Source of the DNA: an uncultured bacterium
GTDB taxonomy: Bacteria > SAR324 > NAC60-12
Assembly: GCA_965662235.1 (NCBI GenBank)
Contig: CBFIGY010000014.1
Span: 10,780-74,779 of the forward strand
Length of the DNA stretch: 64,000 bases
Reading direction: 5' to 3'
In this document: positions 55,468 to 64,000 of the stretch, piece by piece
Layout: each line of letters starts with the position of its first letter
How positions within the stretch are numbered: the stretch's first letter is position 1
The notes under the pieces: generated by a model
What the model saw: only the letters and a program-made list of their open reading frames with translations
Databases searched by the model: none
Told to the model about the DNA's origin: nothing
Program-made: the position numbers and the translations under genes

Positions 55468-56025
55468 ATGCCTAACACGACCGTTTCCAACCGTACGGCC
55501 ACCTCGGGTGTTCTTGCCCTCAGCGTGGTCATCTTTGCCTTCCTCCTCTGGCTACTCTACCTCCGGGAGCCGGAAGCGGGCGCCAGCGAATTCAACTGGG
55601 ACCTGACCTTCATGCCAGCCCTGAATTCGCTCATGAACGGACTCAGCGCGCTGTGCATTGTGTTCGGCATCCGGGCCATCAAGTCCGGGAACCGGACGGT
55701 GCACATTCGCTTCATGCTCTCTGCAGTCGCCTTTTCGGCACTATTCTTGGTAGGCTACCTGTTTTACCATGCCGTCCATGGCGACACCCGTTTTCAGGGA
55801 GAGGGCTTGATCCGGACGGTGTACTTCTTCATCCTCATCAGCCACGTGGTGCTTTCAGCAGTGGTGCTTCCCCTGATCCTGATGACGTTGTTTTTTGCAG
55901 GGACCGAACGGTTTCCCTTCCACAAACGCATCGCCCGCTGGACCTACCCGGTGTGGCTCTACGTTTCCGTCACAGGGGTTCTCGTGTACCTGATTCTGTA
56001 CCACTGGCCCATTGAAGCCGTCTGA
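55468..56025 (+). CDS. DUF420 (CtaM-like) membrane protein
   Basis: PALNS-x2-N, H-x2-FM, YFFILISH and HKRIARWTYPVWLYVSVTG. Confidence 0.9.
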   Translation: MPNTTVSNRTATSGVLALSVVIFAFLLWLLYLREPEAGASEFNWDLTFMPALNSLMNGLSALCIVFGIRAIKSGNRTVHIRFMLSAVAFSALFLVGYLFYHAVHGDTRFQGEGLIRTVYFFILISHVVLSAVVLPLILMTLFFAGTERFPFHKRIARWTYPVWLYVSVTGVLVYLILYHWPIEAV

Positions 56026-56053
56026 CCCCCATCCTTTACCGACCGTTTGATTC

Positions 56054-57283
56054 ATGGCGAAATCCCGCAAGAAGACCCTGTTCACCTCTCTAGAGAAACG
56101 CAGCATCTACGGGCTCAGCGGGATTCTCTTCTTTCGCATGTGCGGACTGTTCCTGCTGCTGCCGGTCTTCAGTGTGCTGGCGCAGGAGCTTGAGGGCGCC
56201 ACTCCGGCGCTGATCGGCCTTGCCTTTGGAGGGTACGGACTGGCTCAGGCCATTCTGCAGATTCCCATGGGCGCCTGGAGCGACCGCATTGGCCGGAAAC
56301 CGGTGATTGCCTTGGGCCTGATGCTCTTCATTGCCGGAAGCATCCTCGGCGCGCTTGCTGAGAGTGCCACCATGATGATCATCGCACGGTTGCTTCAGGG
56401 GGCCGGCGCCATCAGCTCCGCCATCTTCGCCCTCATTGCCGACCTGACTCGAGACGAGGTCCGGACCCGCGCAAACGCCGGACTGGGGGCCAGCATCGGC
56501 CTTGCCTTTGGGATTGCCTTTGTTGCGGCGCCATTGCTGGCAGACGCGCTTGGGCTTTCTGGAATCTTCTGGCTGATGGCGCTGATGGGCCTGGCCAGCC
56601 TCCTCATCCTCTACTGGGGCATTCCGGACCCGGAGCGTCCTCCGCAGCCTTCGCAACTGACCCTCCGGGAGGGCCTGAGCCGCGTCTGGGCCATCCGTCC
56701 GCTCCGGACCATCGACTGGGGCGCATTTGTCTGCAGCACCGGACTCTCTGCCATGTTCTTCCTCATTCCGCTGCGGCTGGTCAGCTTGGGCTGGGAACAC
56801 GGTGACCTTTGGCAGATCTACCTCCCGATGCTCTTTGCCGGAGCCTGCACCATGATTCCGGCAGCCATTGTTGCCGAAACCCGGAACCGCTTCCGAGAGG
56901 TGATGCTGGCTGGAAACCTCTTTCTGATCGGATCCCTTGCGGCCCTAGCGTGGTCCTGGGAGCACCCGGACAGCGCTGGCGTGATTCTGGCGATGATGCT
57001 CTTCTTCATGGGCTTCAACGTTTTTGAACCGCTTTTCCCCTCGCTGGTGACCAAACTGACCACCGCCGACACCAAAGGCACCGCCAGTGGCGTGTACAAC
57101 CTTTCGCAGTTCACCGGACACTTTGTGGGAGCCGCCATGGCAGGCGCCCTCTACCGTCAGCACTTCTCCTGGCTCCTCATCGGAGTCGGTGTGCTTGAGG
57201 GGCTCTTTCTCTGCGGCACCTTCTTCTTCCCCAACCCCCGCAAGCGGGACCTTCCGCCCCAAGCGGAGCCGGTGGCCAGCTAA
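56054..57283 (+). CDS. MFS transporter (YajR-like)
   Basis: RM-x-GLFLLLPV, YGL-x-QA-x-LQIP-x-G-x2-SDRIGRKP and LQGAGAI. Confidence 0.9.
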   Translation: MAKSRKKTLFTSLEKRSIYGLSGILFFRMCGLFLLLPVFSVLAQELEGATPALIGLAFGGYGLAQAILQIPMGAWSDRIGRKPVIALGLMLFIAGSILGALAESATMMIIARLLQGAGAISSAIFALIADLTRDEVRTRANAGLGASIGLAFGIAFVAAPLLADALGLSGIFWLMALMGLASLLILYWGIPDPERPPQPSQLTLREGLSRVWAIRPLRTIDWGAFVCSTGLSAMFFLIPLRLVSLGWEHGDLWQIYLPMLFAGACTMIPAAIVAETRNRFREVMLAGNLFLIGSLAALAWSWEHPDSAGVILAMMLFFMGFNVFEPLFPSLVTKLTTADTKGTASGVYNLSQFTGHFVGAAMAGALYRQHFSWLLIGVGVLEGLFLCGTFFFPNPRKRDLPPQAEPVAS

Positions 57284-57304
57284 CGTTTTTGACGACAACT
57301 TCTG

Positions 57305-59710
57305 ATGACTGATCCAACCAAACCCCAAGTGTTGCCCCTCCTGCCCATGCGTGAGGAAGTGGTGTTTCCGCAAAGCACCACGCCTTTCTTTGTGGGACGC
57401 AAAGCCTCCATGGAAGCGCTGGAACGGGCCCTCAATGGAGACCGCAAGATCTTTGTGGTCACCCAACGGGACGCCTCGGTGGAGGAACCTCAGCTGGCAG
57501 ACCTCCATGAAGTGGGCGTGCTCGGCAAGGTGCTTCAGGTCATGCGCCTGCCCAACGGAACCGTCAAGGCCCTCTTTGAAGGGGAGCAGCGTGCTCAGCT
57601 GATTGGCGCCCGCCTGCGAGACGAGTACCTGGCACAGGTCCGGCCCCTCAAAGAAGAGGTCGCAGAACCCGACAAGCTGGAAGCCTCTGCGCAACGCGCC
57701 CGGGACCTGTTCATGCGACACCTGAAGCAGAGCAAGAAGAAGACACGGACCGAGCTGCTCAAGAACCTCGACAAGGTCGATCTGGAATCCCTTGCCGACC
57801 TCATTGCCTCGGCTCTGGAAATTTCCCGGGACAGCAAGCAGCAGCTCCTGGCGCTGACCGATCCGCAGGTCCGGCTGGAGCAGATTGCTTCGCTGCTGGA
57901 AGAAGAAATGGAAGTGCAGTCGCTGGAAGAAGAGGTCCGCCAGCAGGCTCAGAAGCAGATCAGCCGCACCCAGAAGGAGGACTATCTGCAGGAGCAGCTC
58001 CGGTCCATTCAGAAGGAGCTCGGCCAGAGCGATGACCTCCGTTCCGAGGCCGATGAGTTGGCTGAGCAGATTGCCAAGAGCCAAATGCCTGCCGAGGCCC
58101 GGGAAGAAGCCGAGAAGGAGCTGAAGAAGCTGCGCATGATGTCGCCCATGTCTTCAGAAGCCAACGTGGTCCGGAATTACCTGGACTGGCTGGTGTCGAT
58201 GCCCTGGCAGGTCCGGACCGAGGACAACTTTGACCTCGACAAGGCCCAGCAGGTGCTCGATGACGACCACTATGGGCTGGAGAAGGTCAAGGAGCGCATT
58301 GTTGAGTACATCGCGGTGGCGCACCTCAAGGGCAAGCTCAAGGGGCCGATCCTTTGCCTCGTGGGACCTCCAGGGGTGGGCAAAACCTCGTTGGCAAAAT
58401 CCGTTGCCCGGGCGCTGGATCGCAAGTTTGTCCGCATCAGCCTTGGTGGGGTCCGAGATGAAGCCGAGATCCGCGGGCACCGCCGGACCTACATTGGGGC
58501 CATGCCGGGGAAGATTGTCCAGTCCCTTCGCAAGGCCAAGAGCAGCAACCCTGTGATGCTGATCGACGAGATCGACAAGCTCTATCAGAGTTCCATCAGC
58601 GACCCCTCTGCAGCCATGCTGGAGGTGCTGGATCCAGAACAGAACGCCACCTTCATGGACCACTACCTCGAAGTGGAGTATGACCTTTCCAATGTGCTCT
58701 TCCTCTGCACCGCTAACTCGGTTCAGAGCATCCCGGGTCCGCTTTTGGACCGGATGGAGCTGATTCAGCTTTCAGGTTACACCGAGCTGGAAAAGCAGCA
58801 CATCACTGAAAACTTCCTGATTGCCCGTCAGTGCGAGCAACACGGCCTCACTCCAGAGCGCATCCGCTTCCGCAAGTCGGCGATTCAGGAAATCATCCAG
58901 CACTACACCCGTGAGGCCGGCGTCCGGAACCTTGAGCGCGAGGTCGGCAAGATCTGCCGAAAGGTGGTGACACGGCTGGTCAAGAGCGAGGAAGACAAGA
59001 CCGTCATCGTCACGCCCAAACTGGTGGCAGAGCTGCTCGGGGTCCCGCCGTTTCAGAAGGATGCCAAGGAAGAGGCCAACGAGGTGGGGGTTGCCATGGG
59101 CCTGGGGGTGACTTCGTTCGGTGGCGAGCTGATGCTCATTGAAGCGGCGCTGATGCCCGGTGCCGGAAAGATTCAACTCACCGGCAAGCTCGGTGACGTG
59201 ATGCAGGAATCTGCACAGGCTGCCTATTCCTACGTCCGGAGCAACGCGGACTACCTTGGCATTGATCCGGAGCTGTTTGCCAAGAGCGACCTGCACCTGC
59301 ACCTTCCGGAAGGCGCCACTCCGAAAGACGGCCCGTCCGCTGGACTGCCCCTGACCATTGCCATCATCAGTGCCTTCACCAAGATCCCCGTCCAGCACAA
59401 TGTTGCCATGACCGGCGAGATCACCCTCCGGGGCCATGTGACCGAAATCGGAGGCCTCAAGGAGAAGCTCCTTGCGGCCAAGCGTGGGGGCCTGAACCTT
59501 GTGCTGCATCCGCTCGAGAACGAAAAGGACCTGGCGGACATTCCACACGAAATCAAAGGGGGCTTGGAGCTGCACGCCATCCGGAACCTGACGGAGGCGC
59601 TCGAGATGGCACTCGAGACCCACCCAGCGCTCCTGCGGGGCCAGAAGTCCCCCTCCGAAGGCCTCCATGCGCCGCCCTCGGAGCCCGCTGAGGCCACTCC
59701 GGCCCAGTAA
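57305..59710 (+). CDS. lon: ATP-dependent protease Lon
   Basis: LON N-domain, DHYGLEKVKERI, GPPGVGKTS, DEAEIRGHRRTY, catalytic Ser in PKDGPSAG and Lys in GGLKEK. Confidence 0.97.
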   Translation: MTDPTKPQVLPLLPMREEVVFPQSTTPFFVGRKASMEALERALNGDRKIFVVTQRDASVEEPQLADLHEVGVLGKVLQVMRLPNGTVKALFEGEQRAQLIGARLRDEYLAQVRPLKEEVAEPDKLEASAQRARDLFMRHLKQSKKKTRTELLKNLDKVDLESLADLIASALEISRDSKQQLLALTDPQVRLEQIASLLEEEMEVQSLEEEVRQQAQKQISRTQKEDYLQEQLRSIQKELGQSDDLRSEADELAEQIAKSQMPAEAREEAEKELKKLRMMSPMSSEANVVRNYLDWLVSMPWQVRTEDNFDLDKAQQVLDDDHYGLEKVKERIVEYIAVAHLKGKLKGPILCLVGPPGVGKTSLAKSVARALDRKFVRISLGGVRDEAEIRGHRRTYIGAMPGKIVQSLRKAKSSNPVMLIDEIDKLYQSSISDPSAAMLEVLDPEQNATFMDHYLEVEYDLSNVLFLCTANSVQSIPGPLLDRMELIQLSGYTELEKQHITENFLIARQCEQHGLTPERIRFRKSAIQEIIQHYTREAGVRNLEREVGKICRKVVTRLVKSEEDKTVIVTPKLVAELLGVPPFQKDAKEEANEVGVAMGLGVTSFGGELMLIEAALMPGAGKIQLTGKLGDVMQESAQAAYSYVRSNADYLGIDPELFAKSDLHLHLPEGATPKDGPSAGLPLTIAIISAFTKIPVQHNVAMTGEITLRGHVTEIGGLKEKLLAAKRGGLNLVLHPLENEKDLADIPHEIKGGLELHAIRNLTEALEMALETHPALLRGQKSPSEGLHAPPSEPAEATPAQ

Positions 59711-59753
59711 GTTTTTGTCTTTGCTCACTTGTTTTTGTCTCATGTGCTGAAGT

Positions 59754-61538
59754 ATGTCACGCAATCAACTTGACCCGAATTCCTCCCTCTACCGTCTCCG
59801 CCACAGCCTGGCCCACGTGCTGGCCCAAGCCGTCCTAGAGTTGCGTCCCAACGCCAAGCTCGGCTTTGGTCCTCCCATTCAAAACGGCTTCTACTACGAC
59901 TTCGACCTTGAAGAGCCCCTGACCCAAGAGGACTTCCCGGCAATTGAAAAGCGCATGCGCAAGATCATCAACTCGGGACAGGTGTTTGAGTGTGAAACCC
60001 TCACTCCAGACGAGATGAAGCACCGGCTGGAAAGCACCGGACAGGACTTCAAGGTGGAACAGGTGGAAGAGCTTGCAGCCCAAGGCGAGGAGCTGACCCT
60101 TTACCGAAATGGCCCCTTCTGGGACCTCTGTGAAGGTCCGCATGTGACCAACACCAAGGAGATTCCGGCAGACTGCTTTTCTCTCGACTCCCTTGCCGGC
60201 GCCTACTGGAAGGGCTCCGAGGACAACAAGATGCTTCAGCGCGTGTATGGCCTGGCGTTCTCCAGCAAGTCCGAGCTGCAGGACTTCAAAGAAAAGCGAC
60301 GCCTGGCCATGGAGCGTGACCACCGCAAGCTGAACACCACCCAGCACTACTTCGTCATTGAAGAAGAGGTGGGCAAGGGCCTGCCCCTGTGGATGCCCAA
60401 CGGCACCGTCATCCGGGATGAGCTGGAGAAGTTTGCCAAGGAGCAGGAGTTCCTCGCCGGGTACCAGCGGGTGGCCACACCACACATCACCAAAGAGGAC
60501 CTCTACCACACCTCCGGGCACCTGCCTTACTACGCAGACAGCATGTTCCCGCCCATGGATGTGGACGGAGAGCAGCTCTACCTCAAGCCCATGAACTGCC
60601 CGCACCACCACATGATCTTCAAGGCTCAGCCCCGGAGCTACCGGGAGCTACCGGTCCGGTTTGCGGAATACGGCACCTGCTACCGCTATGAGCAGTCCGG
60701 AGAACTGGCTGGCCTGCTGCGGGTCCGGGGAATGACCATGAACGATGCCCACATCTACTGCACTCCGGAACAGGCCCGAGAGGAATTCATCAACGTCATC
60801 CAGCTGCACACCAATTACTATGAGCACTTTGGCCTGACGGATTTCTGGATGCGCCTCTCGCTTGCAGAAGCCGATGCCACCAAATACGTCTCGGAGCCTG
60901 GCGTGTGGGAGCAGGCGGAAACGATTGTGATGTCTGCCATGGATGAAGTCGGGGTGCCCTACGAGGCCGTCCGCGGCGAGGCGGCCTTCTATGGCCCGAA
61001 AATTGATTTCCAAGTGTCGAATGTGGTGGGTCGTGAGGAAACCGCCTCCACCAACCAGCTGGACCTGGTCATGGCCGAACGCTTCGGGCTGACCTACAAG
61101 GGGGCCGACGGCAAGGAACACCGCCCGATGATCATCCACCGGGCGCCCCTGGGCACCCATGAGCGCTTCTGCGCCTTCCTGATTGAGCACTACGGCGGAG
61201 CCTTCCCCAGCTGGCTGGCGCCCACTCAGGTCCGGATCATCCCGGTTGCCCCCGGTTTTGCCGAATACGGTCAGCAGCTTGCCAACGACCTCACCCAGCA
61301 CTTCATCCGGGCAGAGGTGGATCACTCAGCAGACTCCTTTGGCAAAAAGATCCGCAACGGGGCCACCTCCAAGATCCCGAACCTTGTGATTGTCGGCGCT
61401 GACGAACAGAGCCATCAGGCCGTTACCTGGCAGCGTTACGGCAGCCGAGACAAGCAGACCCTGGCGTTTGAATCCTTCCGTGAGCGGCTGCTGACGGAAA
61501 TTCGGACCCGAGCCGACTGGCGCCGTCCGAACGCGTGA
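59754..61538 (+). CDS. thrS: Threonyl-tRNA synthetase (no N-terminal TGS domain)
   Basis: Editing motifs RHSLAH and DLCEGPH; RDHRK, KPMNCP, GLLRVRG, AAFYGPK and HRAPLG. Confidence 0.96.
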   Translation: MSRNQLDPNSSLYRLRHSLAHVLAQAVLELRPNAKLGFGPPIQNGFYYDFDLEEPLTQEDFPAIEKRMRKIINSGQVFECETLTPDEMKHRLESTGQDFKVEQVEELAAQGEELTLYRNGPFWDLCEGPHVTNTKEIPADCFSLDSLAGAYWKGSEDNKMLQRVYGLAFSSKSELQDFKEKRRLAMERDHRKLNTTQHYFVIEEEVGKGLPLWMPNGTVIRDELEKFAKEQEFLAGYQRVATPHITKEDLYHTSGHLPYYADSMFPPMDVDGEQLYLKPMNCPHHHMIFKAQPRSYRELPVRFAEYGTCYRYEQSGELAGLLRVRGMTMNDAHIYCTPEQAREEFINVIQLHTNYYEHFGLTDFWMRLSLAEADATKYVSEPGVWEQAETIVMSAMDEVGVPYEAVRGEAAFYGPKIDFQVSNVVGREETASTNQLDLVMAERFGLTYKGADGKEHRPMIIHRAPLGTHERFCAFLIEHYGGAFPSWLAPTQVRIIPVAPGFAEYGQQLANDLTQHFIRAEVDHSADSFGKKIRNGATSKIPNLVIVGADEQSHQAVTWQRYGSRDKQTLAFESFRERLLTEIRTRADWRRPNA

Positions 61539-61552
61539 ACCCTATCCTATGA

Positions 61553-62872
61553 GTGAGTCTCATGACGGATGAAGCGGAAATTCCCGAGCTTTTTACCCTA
61601 CCGACTCCGGAACCCGTCGCTGACAGCTTTGTTGAGGAACTGGCCACCCGCATCGTGGTCAGCTTCCAGAAGCAGCTGGACCCCCAACTTGCCGCCTCTG
61701 AGACCTCGAAGCTGGTCTACGATGAGACGTATGAGGACAAGATCCCATACTACCTGGAGGCCATTGACATGCTGCTGCAGAACCCGGCGACCGACAAATT
61801 CGCCGCTCTCAGCTGGTCAGGCTTCATCGCACAGAGCGTCAACAGTCAGGAATTTGACGACTACTTCCTGAAGGTTCTCGACTACATGCTCAGCGGCTAC
61901 TACAAGATGGAGATGCCGGACGTAGAGATGAAGGAGAAGCGCTTCTCGGGATACTCTGCGATCATGGCTCGGACGTTCATCAAGATGACGGAGATGAATG
62001 CCTCCAACGCTGACTCCTGTGCAGAAATCTACGGCAACCTCATCCGCAAGGAAATGGGGCTGGATGCACGGGCTCAGGTCATTGAAAAGGAGACCGGGGT
62101 CAATCCGCTGCCCAGCATGCAGAAGATGTACGATGACGTCATCGACTACCTGACGACTCGAGCAGAATTCCGGGCCTCCTCACTCAATGAGGAGAACCCG
62201 TACGAGTTTGTGGGACCGCTGGCGGAGAAGCTGCGGGGCACCCGCCGCTACGTCATGCAGGAGGTGATGAACCAGCGGGCGCTGGAAAAGAAGAAACAGC
62301 TCGAAATGGAGCTGGAGAATCGCCTCGCCTCTGCTGAAGAAGTCGTCATTGCCACCAAGCCCTTCTCCGAAGGACTGAGCTTCTTCGTCAAGGAAAAACG
62401 CTACAACTTCAAATTCTTGGCTGTGGAAAAGGTCCGGATGACCCTGCAGCTACTGGGCTCCATCATGGGCGCACTCTACTTCTTGGCAGGCTACATGAGC
62501 CTCTGGGACATCACTTGGTACGATGGGGTCGTGGTCTGCATCATCATGCTCACCTTCTCCCGGATTGCAGGCTCTCGGAAGCGCTTCTCCCAGTTCTATC
62601 CGACAGACGTCAGTAAGGAGCTCGAGCAGTGTTCCACCGATTTCATCAATGTGATGCGGCACATGTCTCACGACCAGATGGAACACTTTGTTGCCCGACA
62701 GATCATGATGGACCGCAACCAGAACTTCATCACCATGATTCCGGACTTCATCAAGTACCTTTACGCCATCATGCCCGACCGTAAGAACATGGTCATCACC
62801 GTTGATGAACTCTCTGAACTGGTGGAAAACGCCGAAATCGAAGTGGCCAAGCAGCTCCGGGGTCAGGCATGA
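61553..62872 (+). CDS. Hypothetical helical protein with two C-proximal TM segments
   Basis: 439-aa ORF with strong codon bias, a coiled coil and a TM pair; ATGA overlap with asnS. Start may be ATG 61562. Confidence 0.82.
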   Translation: MSLMTDEAEIPELFTLPTPEPVADSFVEELATRIVVSFQKQLDPQLAASETSKLVYDETYEDKIPYYLEAIDMLLQNPATDKFAALSWSGFIAQSVNSQEFDDYFLKVLDYMLSGYYKMEMPDVEMKEKRFSGYSAIMARTFIKMTEMNASNADSCAEIYGNLIRKEMGLDARAQVIEKETGVNPLPSMQKMYDDVIDYLTTRAEFRASSLNEENPYEFVGPLAEKLRGTRRYVMQEVMNQRALEKKKQLEMELENRLASAEEVVIATKPFSEGLSFFVKEKRYNFKFLAVEKVRMTLQLLGSIMGALYFLAGYMSLWDITWYDGVVVCIIMLTFSRIAGSRKRFSQFYPTDVSKELEQCSTDFINVMRHMSHDQMEHFVARQIMMDRNQNFITMIPDFIKYLYAIMPDRKNMVITVDELSELVENAEIEVAKQLRGQA

Positions 62873-64000
62873 GCACCGCCCAACGCCTCTCCACTCTTCA
62901 GGATCACCAGATTGGCGAAACCGTCCTCCTTCGCGGGTGGGTCCGGACCAAGCGCACCGCCAAGGGGTTTTCCTTCCTCAACCTCAACGATGGCTCCAAC
63001 CGCGAGGGGCTGCAGGTCGTGATCGACGAGTCCACTCCGGATTATGAGGCACTGAAAGCGGTTGGCACCGGCGCAGCCCTTGAAGTGGAGGGCGAGTTGG
63101 TCCGCTCCCCAGGCAAGGGACAGGCCTTTGAGCTCCAGGCCAAGCGCTTTCGCATCTACGGACTCTCCTCTGGCGAAAGCTACCCTCTGCAGAAGAAGGG
63201 ACACACGCTGGAGTTCCTCCGGGAGATCGCCCATCTGCGTCCCCGCACCAACACCCTGGGCGCCGTCTTCCGGATCCGCAACACCCTCGCGTGGGCGGTT
63301 CACCGCTTCTTCCAGGAGCACGGCTTCCTCTACGCCCACACCCCCATCATCACCGCCAGCGATACCGAAGGCGCCGGAGACCTCTTTCGGGTCAGCACCC
63401 TGGATCCCGAAAACCCGCCTCGGACCGAATCCGGAGGCATCGACTACCGCGAGGATTTCTTTGGAACCCAGGTCAACCTGACGGTTTCCGGACAGCTGGG
63501 CGCCGAAGTGATGGCCCTGGCCTTCACCAACGTCTACACGTTTGGGCCGACCTTCCGGGCTGAAAACTCCAACACGTCCCGGCACCTCGCCGAGTTCTGG
63601 ATGATTGAGCCGGAAATGGCCTTCATGGAGCTTCCGGAGATGGTCCGGTTCACCGAGCAGTTCCTCAAGTTCCTCGTCTCCGAGTGCCTCGACCGGCATC
63701 CGGACGACCTTGAGTTTCTGCAGAAGATGTACGATTCCGAACTGGTCTCCAGCCTGGAGCACATCCGGGATTCCACCTTTGAGGTTCTGACTTACACCGA
63801 GGCGGTTGAGATCCTGCAGGCTTCCGGACAGACCTTCGAGTTTCCTGTGGAGTGGGGCGCGGACCTGCAGTCTGAGCATGAACGCTACCTCACCGACACG
63901 CACTTCCGTAAACCCGTGACCCTCACGGATTACCCCCGGGACATCAAGGCCTTCTACATGAAGCAGAACGATGACGGCAAAACCGTTGCTGCCATGGATG
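62869..64000 (+). CDS. asnS: Asparaginyl-tRNA synthetase, 5' part (runs off the window)
   Basis: Missing from the ORF track because it has no stop. From ATG 62869 it reads MSTAQ...GWVRTKR...NDGS...YPLQKK-x-HTLEFLR...LTVSGQL...[25 protein letters not shown]...[13 protein letters not shown]. Confidence 0.96.
   Translation, partial: MSTAQRLSTLQDHQIGETVLLRGWVRTKRTAKGFSFLNLNDGSNREGLQVVIDESTPDYEALKAVGTGAALEVEGELVRSPGKGQAFELQAKRFRIYGLSSGESYPLQKKGHTLEFLREIAHLRPRTNTLGAVFRIRNTLAWAVHRFFQEHGFLYAHTPIITASDTEGAGDLFRVSTLDPENPPRTESGGIDYREDFFGTQVNLTVSGQLGAEVMALAFTNVYTFGPTFRAENSNTSRHLAEFWMIEPEMAFMELPEMVRFTEQFLKFLVSECLDRHPDDLEFLQKMYDSELVSSLEHIRDSTFEVLTYTEAVEILQASGQTFEFPVEWGADLQSEHERYLTDTHFRKPVTLTDYPRDIKAFYMKQNDDGKTVAAMD

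Noticed and set aside
1..64000. Apparent preference for NNT codons before G (ATT-GAG, TTT-GAC), suggesting TCG avoidance
   Set aside because: Counter-examples are common and I cannot quantify it by eye; it needs a codon-pair analysis.

Overview
Gene-dense, GC-rich (roughly 60-63% by eye) bacterial chromosome segment. I saw no rRNA, tRNA, CRISPR array, prophage or transposase. Housekeeping genes include typA, miaB, dksA, adk, mtaB, nuoN, ribBA, ispG, holB, recD2, comM, hemE, ctaA, lon, thrS and asnS. Accessory blocks are: (i) a tungstate-uptake and Mo/W-cofactor operon (moeA, moeA-PBP, tupA, tupB, mobB, with no tupC); (ii) a lone nuoN followed by a type IV pilin, a TPR lipoprotein and an FlgT-N-like protein; (iii) yeaH-spoVR without prkA; (iv) a complete sulfur-oxidation cluster (soxXYZAKBCD, fccA/fccB, cytochrome c4, thioredoxin); and (v) a 918-aa RomR-like pseudo-receiver protein with acidic tandem repeats. 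Deltaproteobacterium-type housekeeping genes together with a full Sox system and heme A synthesis suggest an aerobic sulfur oxidiser such as SAR324 (inference only). The strongest non-gene signal is a frame-independent over-representation of the palindrome TCCGGA, reminiscent of cyanobacterial HIP1. All calls come from reading motifs by eye; no database searches were run.
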